Source: Escherichia coli (GTDB taxonomy: Bacteria; Pseudomonadota; Gammaproteobacteria; Enterobacterales; Enterobacteriaceae). From it: DNA of 64,000 nt. The notes beneath the pieces are model-generated. The model was not told the origin of the DNA. It was given only the letters and a program-made list of their open reading frames with translations, and did no database searches. Shown here piece after piece: positions 38,196-52,543 of the stretch. Within the stretch, counting starts at the first letter, position 1, and the number at the start of each line of letters is the position of its first letter. The translations under genes were made by a program, and so were the position numbers. The stretch lies in assembly GCF_024700885.2 (NCBI RefSeq), contig NZ_CP117016.1, one strand, 5' to 3'.

Positions 38196-40037
38196 TCAAC
38201 GCAGTACCATCAACAGTGCCAGCACCACGACCGCACCGATGCTCATGGATGCCACATACCAGCGCAGATAACCGTTCTCGCTTAACAGCAGACCTTTACC
38301 TGCAAAGCGGGAAAGGACAGCCGGGATGTTCATCATTGAGTTCAGCGGATCGCGTTTCAGCAACCAGGCAATACCCAGGAACGGCTTGACGAACACTTTG
38401 TCGTACAGCCAGTCAAAGCCCCAGGCGTTGTACCACCAGGTGCCCAGCAGACGGCCCGGAGCACTGTTGGCGATGGAGGTCACCAGAGTACGTTTACCCA
38501 GCCACAGCCAGGCTGCCAGCAGAATGCCGACCACCGCGACCACACCAGAGGTAATTTCCAGGGTCAACATGCTGCCGTGCGCCAGCTCCGTCGTTTGCGG
38601 GAGCACGCCCTGCAGCGGCGGTACAATCAGTGCGCCAACGAAGGTGGAAAGGATCAGCAGCACAATCAGCGGCAGGCTGTGAGTTACCCCTTTCACGGCG
38701 TGAGCGTGAATTTGTTCTTTTCCGTGGAAGACGATGAAAATCATACGGAAGGTGTAGAGCGAGGTCATAAACGCACCGACCAGACCAGCCACCATCAGAT
38801 TGATATGACCATTCGCCATCGCACCCGCGAGGATCTCATCCTTACTGAAGAAGCCCGCAGTGACCAGCGGCAGTGCCGACAGTGCTGCGCCGCCCACCAG
38901 GAAGCAGAGATAAACCAGCGGAATAGATTTACGCAGACCGCCCATCTTGAAGATGTTCTGTTCGTGATGGCAGGCCAGAATGACGGAACCGGATGCCAGG
39001 AACAGCAGCGCTTTAAAGAACGCGTGAGTCATCAAGTGGAAAATCGCCGCATCCCATGCCTGTACGCCAAGCGCGAGGAACATGTAGCCAATCTGGCTCA
39101 TGGTAGAGTAAGCGAGAACACGTTTGATGTCGGTCTGTACCAGCGCCGCAAAACCGGCCAGCAGCAGCGTAACCGCCCCAACAATGCCCACCAGATGCAG
39201 AACTTCCGGCGTCATCAGGAACAGGCCGTGGGTACGGGCGATCAGGTAGACACCCGCGGTTACCATCGTTGCGGCGTGGATCAGCGCGGAGACAGGCGTC
39301 GGGCCCGCCATCGCGTCGGCAAGCCATGTCTGCAACGGCAACTGCGCAGATTTACCGACCGCACCGCCCAGCAGCATCAGCGTCGCCCACATCAGCATGT
39401 TATTGCCGTCAGCAAAGTGCGCTGGTGCCAGTTCCACCATTTCGCGGAAGTTCAGGGTGCCCAGTTCGTTGTAAAGAATGAACAGCGCGAAAGCGAGGAA
39501 GACGTCACCCACACGGGTCACGACGAACGCTTTCATTGCCGCTGCGCCATTCTTCGGATCGGTGTAATAGAAACCGATCAGCAGATAGGAGCACAGGCCC
39601 ACGCCTTCCCAGCCGAGGTACATCAGCAGCAGGTTGTCGGCAAGCACCAGAACTACCATGCTGGCGATGAACAGGTTGGTGTAAGCGAAGAAGCGAGAGT
39701 AGCCCTCTTCACCGCGCATATACCAGGAGGCGTACATGTGAATAAGGAAACCCACACCAGTGACCACCGAGAGCATGGTCAGCGACAGGCCGTCCAGCAC
39801 CAGGTTAAAACCGATGTTAAAGTCGCCTACCGACATCCATGTCCACAGCGGCTGGCTGTATGCCTGCTCGCCGTTAGCGAAGAAGTCGACGCCAATAAAG
39901 GCAGTTACCAGTGCCGCCAGGCCTACAGAGCCAACGCCAACGATCGCCGAGACGTTTTCAGACCAGCGCCCACGGGAGAACGCCAGCAGGACAAAGCCAA
40001 TCAATGGCAAAATAATGGTTAAGGCAAGCATGTTCAT
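38196..40037 (-). CDS. nuoL: NADH:quinone oxidoreductase subunit L
   Basis: 613 aa; [21 protein letters not shown]-terminus. Confidence 0.96.
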
Positions 40038-40336
40038 CCGCGCATCTCACTTACTGAATCGATGTTCAGGTTCTGGCGACGACGGTGAAGTTGCAGCAGC
40101 AGCGCTAGGCCGATACTCGCTTCTGCCGCCGCGAGGCTGATGGCGAGAATATACATCACCTGACCGTCGGTCTGGCCCCAGTAGCTTCCGGCGACCACAA
40201 AGGCCAGCGCAGAGGCGTTAATCATGATTTCCAGACCAATCAGCATAAACAGCAGATTGCGACGGATAACCAGACCAGTTAAGCCAAGAACGAATAAGAT
40301 TGCCGCGAGGATCAGTCCATGTTGTAAGGGGATCAT
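40034..40336 (-). CDS. nuoK: NADH:quinone oxidoreductase subunit K
   Basis: 100 aa, 3 TM; overlaps nuoL start. Confidence 0.95.
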
Positions 40337-40887
40337 GCGTGCTCCTCCGTTTTTCTTTTCGCGCTGTCGTCTTTACGATTGCTCAGCACTTCACCCGCAC
40401 GCTCTTCACGACCGACGTGGAAGGCCACAACCAGACCCGCGAGCAGCAGCATAGAAGCCAGTTCCACCGCCAGTACGTAAGGCCCGAACAGCGTAATACC
40501 CACTGCTTTAGCACTGATTGGCGTACCGTTGATACCTTGATCGTTAACACCGAGAATGGCGTAAACAATCACCACCAGCATGATGGCCGACAAAATCGCC
40601 GGACCAATCCACACCTGCGGTTTCAGCCACTGGCGTTCCTGTTCAATTTCTGAACCGCCCAGGTTGAGCATCATCACCACGAACACGAACAGCACCATAA
40701 TGGCACCCGCGTAGACGATAATTTCCAGCGCACCGGCAAAGTAAGCGCCCAGTGAGAAGAACACCCCAGAGATCGCCAGCAGCGAAATAATCAGGTACAG
40801 CAGTGCGTGTACCGGATTGGTATGGGTGATCACTCGCAAGGTCGCAAGTATGGCTATCAGGCCACAGATATAAAAAGCGAACTCCAT
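40333..40887 (-). CDS. nuoJ: NADH:quinone oxidoreductase subunit J
   Basis: 184 aa; overlaps nuoK start. Confidence 0.95.
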
Positions 40888-40898
40888 TGCCCCTCTCC

Positions 40899-41441
40899 TT
40901 ACGGTAACAGGCTCTTGACGTCGATAGGCTTGGCTTCGTTCTCTGCTTCGCCCTTATCTTTGCCGTCGATTGCCATACCTGCCATCCGGTAGAAGTTATA
41001 TTCCGGGTATTTGCCCGGACCGGAGATCAGCAGATCCTCTTTCTCGTAAACCAGATCCTGGCGCTTGTATTCCCCCATTTCGAAATCCGGGGTTAACTGA
41101 ATCGCCGTGGTCGGACAGGCTTCTTCGCACAGGCCACAGAAAATGCAGCGTGAGAAGTTGATGCGGAAAAATTCCGGATACCAGCGACCGTCTTTGGTTT
41201 CTGCTTTTTGCAACGAGATACAGCCGACCGGGCAGGCTACCGCACAGAGGTTACAGGCTACGCAACGCTCTTCGCCGTCCGGATCGCGGGTCAGAACGAT
41301 ACGACCACGATAACGGGGCGGCAGATAGACCGGCTCTTCCGGGTACATTCGCGTTTCGCGTTTGGCGAACGCGTGCAGGCCGATCATCCAGATACTACGA
41401 ACCTGGGTGCCGAAACCTACTAACAATTCTTTTAAGGTCAT
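40899..41441 (-). CDS. nuoI: NADH:quinone oxidoreductase subunit I (2x[4Fe-4S] ferredoxin)
   Basis: 180 aa; two CxxCxxCxxxCP motifs. Confidence 0.96.
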
Positions 41442-41455
41442 GGTCTTATTGCCCC

Positions 41456-42433
41456 TTATTGCGCCTGCCAGAGAATGACAGCCGCCGTTACCAGCAAGTT
41501 GATCAGCGTCAGCGGCAGGCAGATTTTCCAGCCGAAGGACATTACCTGGTCATAACGCGGACGCGGTAACGACGCACGAATCAAAATGAACATCATCATA
41601 AAGAACGCGGTTTTCAGCGCGAACCAGATGAATGGCGGTAACAACGGGCCTTGCCAGCCACCGAAGAACAGCGTCACCATCAATGCAGAGATGGTCACAA
41701 TCCCGATGTACTCACCCACGAAGAACAGACCGAACTTCATACCGGAATATTCAATGTGGTAACCATCCGCCAGTTCCTGCTCGGCTTCCGGCTGGTCAAA
41801 CGGGTGACGGTGACACACCGCCACGCCCGCGATGGCAAAGGTAATAAAACCAAAGAATTGCGGGATGACGTTCCACACATGCGCCTGGCTGTTGACGATG
41901 TCGGTCATGTTGAATGAACCGGCCTGCGCCACCACGCCCATCAGGGAAAGCCCGAGGAACACTTCGTAGCTCAGAGTCTGCGCAGAAGCACGCATCGCCC
42001 CCAGCAACGAGTATTTGTTGTTACTTGACCAGCCCGCAAACAGCACCGCGTAGACCGCCAGACCGGCCATCATCAGGAAGAACAAAATCCCGATGTTCAG
42101 GTCGGCAACCACCCAACCTGGGCTGACTGGCACAATCGCAAAGGCCAGCAGCAGCGAGGTAAAGGCAATCATCGGTGCCAGGGTAAAGATGACGCGATCC
42201 GAGAATTTCGGGATCCAGTCTTCTTTAAAGAACATCTTGATCATGTCCGCAACCAGCTGGAGCGAACCGCCCCAGCCAACACGGTTAGGTCCGTAACGGT
42301 TCTGGAACAGACCCAGCAGGCGACGTTCGCCAAAGCTCATGAATGCCCCACAGGTGACAACCACCAGCAGGATCACCACCGCTTTGAGGATGGTCAGCAG
42401 GATCTCAATCAGTTCCGGTGATATCCAACTCAT
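41456..42433 (-). CDS. nuoH: NADH:quinone oxidoreductase subunit H
   Basis: 325 aa membrane subunit. Confidence 0.96.
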
Positions 42434-45156
42434 TGTTGTGCCTCCTTGAGATCCTCAAGATGCGCGCCAGCCAGCACCGGAGCAATGCCGGACATACCCA
42501 TCGGCAAGCCCACCTGCCCTGCCGTCAGCCCTTCGGCGATTTCAACCGGCAGAGTGACCGTGTTGCCATCGTAGCTAAAGGAGACGCGAGTGCCCGCGTT
42601 CACACCCAACTTCGCGGCATCCGCCGGGTTAAGTTTGATGTACGGCTGTGGCATACGGCTCTGGAAAACCGGAGCACGCTGTGACAATTCATCGCTGCCA
42701 AACAGGTGGTAGTACGGCGCGATACGCCATTTCCCGTCTTGCGGCTGGAAGCGTGCCGGTACGCTGGTGAAGTAATCCAGACCATTTTCGCTGGTTTCAA
42801 ACAGACGCACGCCTGGATCGCCAAAGCGCAGTTTGCCGCCCACTTCGTCCTGGAATTTGTTCCACGCCTGCGGGGAGTTCCAGCCCGGTGCCCAGGCAAA
42901 CGGCACTTGCGAACGGTGCGCGGTCGGCTGGTTGTTACCTTCCATCGAGAAGGTGAACATGGTGTCAATATCCTGCGGCTGACGCGGCTCATGAACGCTG
43001 ATGTTGGCGCGCATGGCGGTACGACCGCTGTAACGGTGCGGCTCACGGGCCAGTTTCTGCCCACGAATACGGAATGTCGCATCCGGCGCAGCATCTTTGA
43101 TACCTGCCAGTTCCGGGATTTTCGCCACAACAGCGTCAATCACGTGGTCGAGCTGCGTCCAGTCCACTTCACGGCTCAGCAGGGTGCTGTGCAGCGAGTG
43201 TAACCAGCGCCAGCTTTCCAGCATGACAGTTTTGCTGTCGTAATAAGCCGGATCGTAAACCTGGAAGAAACGTTGGGCGCGACCTTCATTATTAATTACC
43301 GTACCGTCGCTTTCAGCAAAGCTGGCGGCGGAAAGTACCAGATGGGCGTTTTCCATAATCGCTGTGCGTTGATGGTCAACCACCATCACCAGCGGCGCTT
43401 TCGCCAGCGCAGCATTCACGCGGGTAGCGGAAGCGTGACGATGCAGATCGTTTTCCAGCACCACCACCGCGTCGGCGCGTCCGGTTTCCAGTTCGGTTAA
43501 CGCTTCTTCAAGCGATCCACCGCCCATAATGCCCAGCCCCATGCTGTTGACGGAACGGGCAATCATGGTGATACCGACGTCAGCGCCGCGACCTTTCAGG
43601 GCTTTTGCGACGTTAGCCGCCGCCTGAATAACTTCAGCGCTGCCGGCGTTCGTCCCGGAGATAATCAACGGTTTCTTCGCCCCCGCCAGAGCCTGCACGA
43701 TGACGTCGATTTTGCTTTGCAGCTCAGGTTCGATACCGTCAACCGCTGGTGCTGAGTTGTCCAACGCATGGGCGATGGCAAAACCTAAACGCGCCTGATC
43801 TTCAACCGGTGCGCGGTAAGTCCACGCCGCGATATCATCCAGACGGGTGTCATCAACGTTGGTAACAAACAGCGGATGCTTCGCTCGTTGGCCAATATTG
43901 AGGATTGCCGCAATCTGCCAGTCAGCCACTTTCTGTGCTGCCGCCATTTCGCGCGCTTTACCTTTCACCGCCTGACGCACTGCCAGCGCGACACGCGCCC
44001 CGGTCTGGGTAACGTCTTCGCCCAGCACCAGTACCGCATCGTAAGATTCGATTTCGCGCAGTGCCGGCGTATAAATACCACCTTCACGCAGCACTTTCAG
44101 CGCCAGCTGCAGACGCTCCTGCTCACCGTGAGCGATACCGGTGTAGAAGTTTTCTTCGCCCACCAGCTCACGCAGCGCAAAGTTGCTTTCCACGCTGGCA
44201 CGCGGAGAACCAATGCCGATCACTTTCTTCGACTGACGCAGAATATCTGCCGCGCCCTGCATTGCCTGTTCGGCGTTGAGGGTAATGAAATCATCGCCAC
44301 GACGCTGTACTGGCTGACGCGGACGATCTTTCAGGTTGACGTAACCGTAACCGAAACGACCACGGTCGCAGAGGAAGTAGTGGTTTACTGTACCGTTGTA
44401 ACGGTTTTCGATTCGACGCAGTTCGCCATAACGCTCGCCGGGGCTGATGTTACAGCCGATGGAACATTGCTGGCAGATGCTCGGCGCAAACTGCATATCC
44501 CATTTACGGTTGTAACGCTCGGAGTGCGTTTTGTCGGTGAATACGCCGGTCGGGCAAATCTCGACCAGATTACCGGAAAATTCGCTTTCCAGCGTGCCGT
44601 CTTCCGGGCGACCGAAGTAGACGTTGTCGTGCGCACCGTAAACGCCCAGGTCCGTGCCGTCAGCGTAATCTTTGTAGTAACGCACGCAGCGGTAACAGGC
44701 GATGCAGCGGTTCATTTCGTGAGAGATGAATGGCCCCAAATCCTGATTACGGTGGGTACGTTTGGTGAAACGGTAGCGACGGAAGCTGTGTCCGGTCATC
44801 ACGGTCATATCCTGAAGATGGCAGTTACCGCCTTCTTCACATACCGGACAGTCGTGCGGGTGGTTGGTCATTAACCACTCGACCACACTTTCACGGAACT
44901 GTTTCGCTTCTTCATCGTCAATGGAAATAAAGGTGCCATCGGAAGCCGGTGTCATACAGGACATCACCAGGCGACCACGCGTGTCTTCCGCGTTTTGGTA
45001 TTGCTTCACCGCACACTGGCGGCAAGCACCGACGCTTCCCAGCGCCGGATGCCAGCAAAAGTAAGGAATATCAAGGCCCAGAGACAGACAAGCTTCCAGC
45101 AAGTTGTCCGCTCCGTTGACCTCGTATTCTTTGCCGTCTACATGAATTGTAGCCAT
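42430..45156 (-). CDS. nuoG: NADH:quinone oxidoreductase subunit G (Fe-S / molybdopterin-like fold)
   Basis: About 908 aa; track ORF starts MLMATIH, likely true start [11 protein letters not shown]; 2Fe-2S and 4Fe-4S cysteine motifs. Confidence 0.95.
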
Positions 45157-45208
45157 TAGCATGCTTCCAGTTTTCTCAGTCAGAGACTGAGCGTTAATCG
45201 AAATTCGG

Positions 45209-46546
45209 TTACCAGCGCTCTTTCAGCAGGTTCGGCTGAATCCCATTAATCAAATGGGTATTGCTGAACGGCTGTTTGATTCCCGCCTCAAATTCTTCGC
45301 GGAAATATTTGATGGCGCTCTGTAACGGCTCCACTGCACCAGGTGCGTGGGCACAGAAAGTTTTACCCGGGCCTAAGAATCGACACAGTTGCTCAAGTGT
45401 TTCGATATCGCCCGGCTGACCTTCGCCACGCTCCAGCGCACGCAGAATTTTCACGCTCCACGGCAGACCGTCGCGGCACGGCGTACACCAGCCGCAGGAC
45501 TCACGGGCGAAAAACTCTTCCAGGTTACGCACCAGCGACACCATGTTGATCTCATGGTCAACCGCCATCGCCAGCGCCGTACCCAGACGGCTTCCCGCTT
45601 TACCGATACTTTCGAATTCCATCGGCAGATCAAGGTGCGCTTCGGTCAGGAAGTCGGTACCCGCGCCGCCTGGCTGCCAGGCTTTGAATTTCAGACCGTC
45701 ACGCATACCACCGGCGTAATCTTCGAGGATCTCGCGTGCGGTGGTGCCGAATGGCAGTTCCCACAGGCCCGGATTTTTCACCCGACCGGAGAAGCCCATC
45801 AGCTTGGTGCCAGCATCTTTACTTTTCGAGATGTTCTGATACCACTCCACGCCGTTAGCGAGGATCGCCGGAACGTTACACAGGGTTTCGACGTTATTGA
45901 CACAGGTCGGTTTGCCCCATGCACCGGAGGTTGCCGGGAATGGTGGCTTCGAGCGCGGGTTAGCGCGACGCCCTTCCAGGGAGTTGATTAACGCTGTTTC
46001 TTCCCCGCAGATGTAGCGCCCTGCCCCGGTATGGACGAACAGTTCGAAATCGAAACCTGTTCCCATAATGTTTTTGCCAAGCAGGCCTGCTTCGGTGGCT
46101 TCGGCAATGGCACGGCGCAGATTCACTGCCGCTTCGATATATTCGCCGCGCAGGAAGATGTAGCCACGGTACGCTTTCAGCGCAAACGCGGAGATGAGCA
46201 TACCTTCCACCAGCAGGTGCGGCAGTTGTTCCATCAGCAGGCGGTCTTTATAGGTGCCCGGCTCCATTTCATCCGCGTTACACAGCAGGTAACGGATGTT
46301 CATGGATTCGTCTTTCGGCATCAGGCTCCACTTCAGACCAGTCGAAAAGCCCGCGCCGCCGCGCCCTTTCAGACCAGCGTCTTTTACCTGATTAACGATT
46401 TCGTCCGGAGACAGCCCGGTCAGCGCCTTACGCGCGCCTTCGTAACCGTTTTTGCTGCGATATTCGTCCAGCCACACTGGCTGTTTGTCATCGCGCAGAC
46501 GCCAGGTCAGCGGATGCGTTTCGGGAGTTCGGATAATGTTTTTCAT
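45209..46546 (-). CDS. nuoF: NADH:quinone oxidoreductase subunit F (NADH/FMN binding)
   Basis: 445 aa; glycine-rich NAD/FMN motif GRGGAGF. Confidence 0.96.
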   Translation of the reverse strand: MKNIIRTPETHPLTWRLRDDKQPVWLDEYRSKNGYEGARKALTGLSPDEIVNQVKDAGLKGRGGAGFSTGLKWSLMPKDESMNIRYLLCNADEMEPGTYKDRLLMEQLPHLLVEGMLISAFALKAYRGYIFLRGEYIEAAVNLRRAIAEATEAGLLGKNIMGTGFDFELFVHTGAGRYICGEETALINSLEGRRANPRSKPPFPATSGAWGKPTCVNNVETLCNVPAILANGVEWYQNISKSKDAGTKLMGFSGRVKNPGLWELPFGTTAREILEDYAGGMRDGLKFKAWQPGGAGTDFLTEAHLDLPMEFESIGKAGSRLGTALAMAVDHEINMVSLVRNLEEFFARESCGWCTPCRDGLPWSVKILRALERGEGQPGDIETLEQLCRFLGPGKTFCAHAPGAVEPLQSAIKYFREEFEAGIKQPFSNTHLINGIQPNLLKERW

Positions 46547-47043
46547 TTATACCGCTCCAGCAGTTCAGGAATCGCTTCCGGGGTCAGATGCGCGTGAGTG
46601 TCCTCATCGATCATCATGTTTGGCCCTTTATCACAGTTCCCCAGGCAGCAAGTTGGCAGCAGCGTAAAGCGACCGTCAAATGTCGTTTGCCCTGGTTTGA
46701 TGTTCAGCTTTTTCTCGAGCGCCGCCTGAATACCCTGATAACCGTTGATATGACAGACCACGCTGTCGCAATAACGGATCACATGGCGACCAACCGGCTG
46801 GCGGAAGATCTGGCTATAAAACGTTGCCACACCTTCGACGTCGCTCGCCGGAATACCCAGCACATCGGCGATCGCGTGGATCGCGCCATCCGGCACCCAG
46901 CCACGCTGCTTCTGAACGATTTTCAGCGCTTCAATGGACGCCGCACGCGGGTCTTCGTAGTGGTGCATTTCGTGCTCAATCGCTTCACGCTCTGCCGCAC
47001 TCAGCTCAAAAGCCTCGGTTTGTGGTTGTTGATTCTCGTGCAT
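46543..47043 (-). CDS. nuoE: NADH:quinone oxidoreductase subunit E (2Fe-2S)
   Basis: 166 aa; thioredoxin-like 2Fe-2S cysteines. Confidence 0.96.
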
Positions 47044-47045
47044 AA

Positions 47046-48848
47046 TTAGCGGTCCACATCTGACATAACAAAATCGATACTGCCCAGATAAACAATCAGG
47101 TCAGACACCAGGCTGCCGCGGATCGCCGCCGGAATTTGCTGCAAATGCGCATAACTCGGCGTACGGATACGGGTGCGATAACTCATGGTGCTACCGTCGC
47201 TGGTCAGGTAGTAACTGTTGATCCCCTTGGTCGCCTCAATCATCTGGAAAGATTCATTGGCTGGCATCACCGGACCCCACGACACTTGCAGGAAGTGGGT
47301 GATCAGGGTTTCGATATGTTGCAGCGTGCGCTCTTTCGGCGGCGGCGTGGTCAGCGGGTGATCCGCTTTGAACGGGCCTTCCGGCATGTTGTTGAGGCAC
47401 TGCTCAAGAATGCGCAGACTCTGGCGCAGCTCTTCCACTTTCAGCATTACGCGGGTGTAGCAGTCAGAAACACCACCACCCACCGGGATTTCAAAGTCGA
47501 AGTTTTCATAGCCAGAATAAGGACGCGCCTTACGCACGTCGAAGTCGATCCCGGTGGCGCGCAGGCCCGCGCCAGTGGTGCCCCACTCCAGCGCCTCTTT
47601 CGCGCCATAGGCGGCAACGCCCTGGGAACGACCTTTCAGAATGGTGTTTTGCAGCGCCGCTTTCTCGTAAGACGCCAGACGTTTCGGCATCCAGTCGAGG
47701 AACTCACGCAGCAGGCGATCCCAGCCGCGCGGCAGGTCGTGCGCTACGCCGCCAATACGGAACCACGCCGGGTGCATACGAAAACCAGTGATTGCTTCCA
47801 CCAGATCGTAAATTTTCTGACGATCGGTAAAGGCGAAGAACACTGGCGTCATCGCGCCGACGTCCTGAATAAAGGTGGAGATATACAGCAGATGGCTGTT
47901 GATGCGGAACAGCTCAGAAAGCATTACGCGAATGACGTTAACGCGATCCGGCACGGTGATCCCGGCCAGTTTCTCTACAGCCAGCACGTAAGGCATTTCG
48001 TTAACGCAGCCGCCGAGGTATTCGATACGGTCGGTATACGGAATGTAGCTATGCCAGGACTGGCGCTCGCCCATTTTCTCCGCACCACGGTGGTGGTAGC
48101 CGATGTCTGGTACGCAGTCGACAATCTCTTCGCCATCGAGCTGCAAAACGATACGGAAAGCCCCGTGCGCCGACGGGTGGTTCGGGCCGAGGTTGAGGAA
48201 CATGAAGTCCTCGTTTTCGGTTCCGCGCTTCATCCCCCACTCTTCCGGTTTGAAGGTCAGGGCTTCCATCTCCAGATCCTGTTTGGCTTTGGTCAGCTCA
48301 AACGGCGAGAATTCGGTAGCGCGCGCCGGGTAATCTTTACGCAGCGGGTGACCTTTCCAGGTTTGCGGCATCATGATGCGGCGCAGGTTCGGGTGACCGT
48401 CGAAAGTAATGCCAAACAGATCCCAGGTCTCACGCTCATACCAGTTAGCGTTCGGGAACAGTTTGGTGAAGGTCGGTAAGTGCAGGTCGTTTTCTGCCAG
48501 CGCCACCTTCAGCATGATGTCGCGGTTACGATCGATAGAAATCAGATGGTAGAAAACGGAAAAATCCGCGGCAGGTAACCCTTCGCGGTGTGTGCGCAGA
48601 CGTTCGTCCATGCCGTGTAAGTCAAACAGCATGACGTAAGGTTTCGGCAGTTTCTTTAAGAAATCGCCAACTTCCAGTAATTGTTCACGCTTGATCCACA
48701 CAACGGGAACCCCGGTGCGAGTCGCCTGAACAGTAAAGGCATCCGGCCCAAAACGGTTGCGCAGTTCGCCAATCACCGGATCATCAAGATGATCGCGGGT
48801 CTGCCAGGCGGGTTCTTGCGCGGTTAAGTCGGTCATATTGTTCACCAT
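47046..48848 (-). CDS. nuoC: NADH:quinone oxidoreductase fused subunit C/D
   Basis: 600-aa ORF (start may be the internal MTDL, about 596 aa); fused 30-kDa and 49-kDa subunit homologs as in E. coli. Confidence 0.95.
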   Translation of the reverse strand: MVNNMTDLTAQEPAWQTRDHLDDPVIGELRNRFGPDAFTVQATRTGVPVVWIKREQLLEVGDFLKKLPKPYVMLFDLHGMDERLRTHREGLPAADFSVFYHLISIDRNRDIMLKVALAENDLHLPTFTKLFPNANWYERETWDLFGITFDGHPNLRRIMMPQTWKGHPLRKDYPARATEFSPFELTKAKQDLEMEALTFKPEEWGMKRGTENEDFMFLNLGPNHPSAHGAFRIVLQLDGEEIVDCVPDIGYHHRGAEKMGERQSWHSYIPYTDRIEYLGGCVNEMPYVLAVEKLAGITVPDRVNVIRVMLSELFRINSHLLYISTFIQDVGAMTPVFFAFTDRQKIYDLVEAITGFRMHPAWFRIGGVAHDLPRGWDRLLREFLDWMPKRLASYEKAALQNTILKGRSQGVAAYGAKEALEWGTTGAGLRATGIDFDVRKARPYSGYENFDFEIPVGGGVSDCYTRVMLKVEELRQSLRILEQCLNNMPEGPFKADHPLTTPPPKERTLQHIETLITHFLQVSWGPVMPANESFQMIEATKGINSYYLTSDGSTMSYRTRIRTPSYAHLQQIPAAIRGSLVSDLIVYLGSIDFVMSDVDR

Positions 48849-48941
48849 TGCAAATGGTCCGTGGTGACTGTCGGCGCAGTAAGCTTCGCGAAATAGATTT
48901 AGGAATAAGCGAAGAAAAATCCCTTTGCCGACAGGCGCAAA

Positions 48942-49604
48942 TTAAATCTCGTCAGGTGTACGCAGGTTGGTTACGGCAATGCGTTCACCGCGCTTGCGTT
49001 CGCGCTCTGATTGCATGTTGGCGCGATAAACGCCCTGATCGCCAACCACCCAGGAGAGCGGACGACGTTCTTTACCGATAGATTCCTGCAACAGCATCAG
49101 TGCCTGCATGTACGCTTCAGGACGCGGCGGGCAGCCCGGGATATACACATCAACCGGGATAAATTTATCGACGCCCTGCACAACGGAATAAATATCGTAC
49201 ATACCGCCGGAGTTGGCACAGGCCCCCATTGAGATAACCCATTTTGGTTCCAGCATCTGGTCATACAGACGCTGAATAACCGGTGCCATTTTGGTAAAGC
49301 AGGTTCCTGCAACGACCATCAGGTCAGCCTGACGCGGCGAAGCTCGCAATACTTCTGCGCCAAAACGCGCCACGTCATGCACCGCGGTAAACGAAGTCAC
49401 CATCTCAACGTAACAGCAGGAAAGACCGAAGTTATACGGCCAAATTGAGTTTTTACGACCCCAGTTAACCATGTCATTGAGCTTGCCCATAAACACGTTT
49501 TTGTTAACTTCTTGCTCCAGAGGGTCGGTTACGATCTCCTGCTTTTGCAGGGGGTAACGGTCGTTCTCACCGTTGGGATCTATGCGGGTGAGCGTATAAT
49601 CCAT
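48942..49604 (-). CDS. nuoB: NADH:quinone oxidoreductase subunit B (N2 cluster)
   Basis: 220 aa; CCxxE...GxCxxxGG...CP motifs. Confidence 0.96.
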
Positions 49605-49619
49605 CTTAATGCCTCGCGG

Positions 49620-50063
49620 TTAGCGTTGACGATTAGCGATACTGTTCGTTTCCGGGTTCATACGCTCGCGGCGTGAACGCGCGGGCGTCCAGTCCAGCGC
49701 GCCAATACGCACCAGATAAACCAGACCTGCCAGTAACACAAAAATAAAAATTGCAGCTTCCACAAAGCCTACCCAGCCGCTTTCGCGGATAGAGGTTGAC
49801 CATGCGAACAGATACAGCGCTTCAACGTCGAAGATAACGAAGAACATGGCCACCAGATAAAACTTGGCGGACAGGCGTAAGCGGGCGGAGCCGACCGAGT
49901 CGATACCGGATTCAAACGGCACGTTTTTCGACCTCGCGCGTGCGCGACCGCCTAAAAACCAACCGCCTACCAGCATCAGGCAACACAGGCCAATGGCAAC
50001 GATAAGAAAGATAGCGAATGCCCAGTGATGAGCGATGACTTCAGTGGATGTTGACATACTCAT
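49620..50063 (-). CDS. nuoA: NADH:quinone oxidoreductase subunit A
   Basis: 147 aa, 3 TM; first gene of the operon. Confidence 0.95.
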
Positions 50064-50609
50064 TGCTTACTCATCAAAAGTAGCGCCAGATTCACTGCTC
50101 TTCACGGCAGATGGACGCCACATCGATTCATGGGGAGGAATAAAAAAAACCTTACAATCACTGTAGAAATTCTTTTATACAGCTAATTGATGTGGTCTTT
50201 TACTCCTTTCTATAACCTTTTGTCAACTTTAACAAAAGTTTCTTCACATTAGTTTACATAATATCAACACCATTAGCATTTAATGCCCTTTCACCCCAGA
50301 TCCTTGACGACTCCAGGATAATTAGATGTTGTTGAATCGTGTCCGTTGTGAAGCAATGGAAAAAATACGGGTCTATTTTGACAGGAATTTGTGTCGATTC
50401 CTCCCCCCAAAAGAGAGTATTTTCTTGATCTGTGACACGCTTTTGTCATTCCATAACAAAAACGCAGCAACAAATTTACGTATTTTTTAACATCATTGTA
50501 GCAGGTGATTTTTTTCAGGCGATTATTTGTGCGTTCGGGACGTGAATCTCTGGTGATTGAAAAATGAACAGTTTTGTACGTTCTGCACGATACGAGGAAG
50601 GCTTTTTAC
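50064..50609 (-). promoter_or_regulatory. nuo operon promoter / long 5' leader region
   Basis: About 550 bp AT-rich non-coding DNA upstream of nuoA, downstream of the lrhA terminator; individual sites not mapped. Confidence 0.5.
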
Positions 50610-50657
50610 TAAAAAAAAGCCGCTGGGGTTTAAAACACCCCCAGCGGCTCGTTTTTA
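50610..50657. terminator. Bidirectional rho-independent terminator downstream of lrhA
   Basis: A8 - gccgctgggg-loop-ccccagcggc - GTTTTT, 35 nt from the lrhA stop. Confidence 0.8.
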
Positions 50658-50692
50658 CACTATTGTCTCAGAAATTATCTATGGTCCGTCGA

Positions 50693-51634
<942 letters not shown>

Positions 51635-52543
51635 TTATCACTTACTGGCGGCTCATACTGAGCTGGTTAATGCTGTGCACACACAAACAAGCAATTCCAT
51701 TTGTAATGTGCCTCCCTGGCAGTTTCATCCGGAACCCGGACGAAAGTAAAAATGCATATGAGTTGCACTAAAAAAGCGACTCACATTGTTCCGTTATAAT
51801 GCCTGAAGTAGATCACAGAATATATCTTCAGGAATCGCATATCTATTAAGTTACTCACTCTTTTGTATTTATGACATGCGCGTGTTTGTATAAATGTAAA
51901 TGTGAGTCCTTGTTCCACTCTCGTGCAGCATCGCTGGTCATACGCGAACACGTACAAACAGCAATGGTGAGGCGGCATCAAGAGCAGGGATCCGTCATTT
52001 ATGCGAGCATTTTACCCCAAAAACCTTTTATTTATAAGGGTCATTGCGAATTATCTGATGCAAAGTTATGTTATGTTAGGCAAAGTAATCTTCTATTATT
52101 AATAAGCACAACAAAACCTTTTTGAATATTAAATAATTAGCATCATCCTCATTCATTAATCCCGCTTAACAATAGTTTCACACCTTGCACCCATTACGAC
52201 ACCTCGGAAATCATCACGCTGTTAAACTCTCCGTAATGCGGAAATATCATCATCACGATTCATTAGTGAATTCTTAAACGAGGCATTTTCAAACAATTAT
52301 CTTACAGATAAAAAAACCACACTCACAATTAAGAATCAGAACAATTCACTACATAACATTAATTACTAAGCATATACACCTCATTATTTTGCCATTATTA
52401 AGTTATTAACAGCACAATCGAGTCTTCCCCTCTGGCAAAATCTTATTCTGCAGACCTTCAAAACGCCGTCCTGGGGGAGTACATTGTTCTAAGCTGACTT
52501 CCACGGCAGGGAGTGGCGATAACAGCAAAAAAGGTCAAGATTC

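Noticed and set aside
38577-40022. 481-aa plus-strand ORF antisense to nuoL; similar long antisense ORFs at 47136..48479 (vs nuoC), 43876..44874 (vs nuoG), 58620..59660 (vs ackA), 59657..60793 (vs pta), 24890..26053 (vs menB/menH), 27202..27852 (vs menD)
   Set aside because: Low-complexity Arg/His/Gln-rich translations with no RBS, each fully overlapping a well-supported gene on the other strand; typical stop-poor antisense frames.
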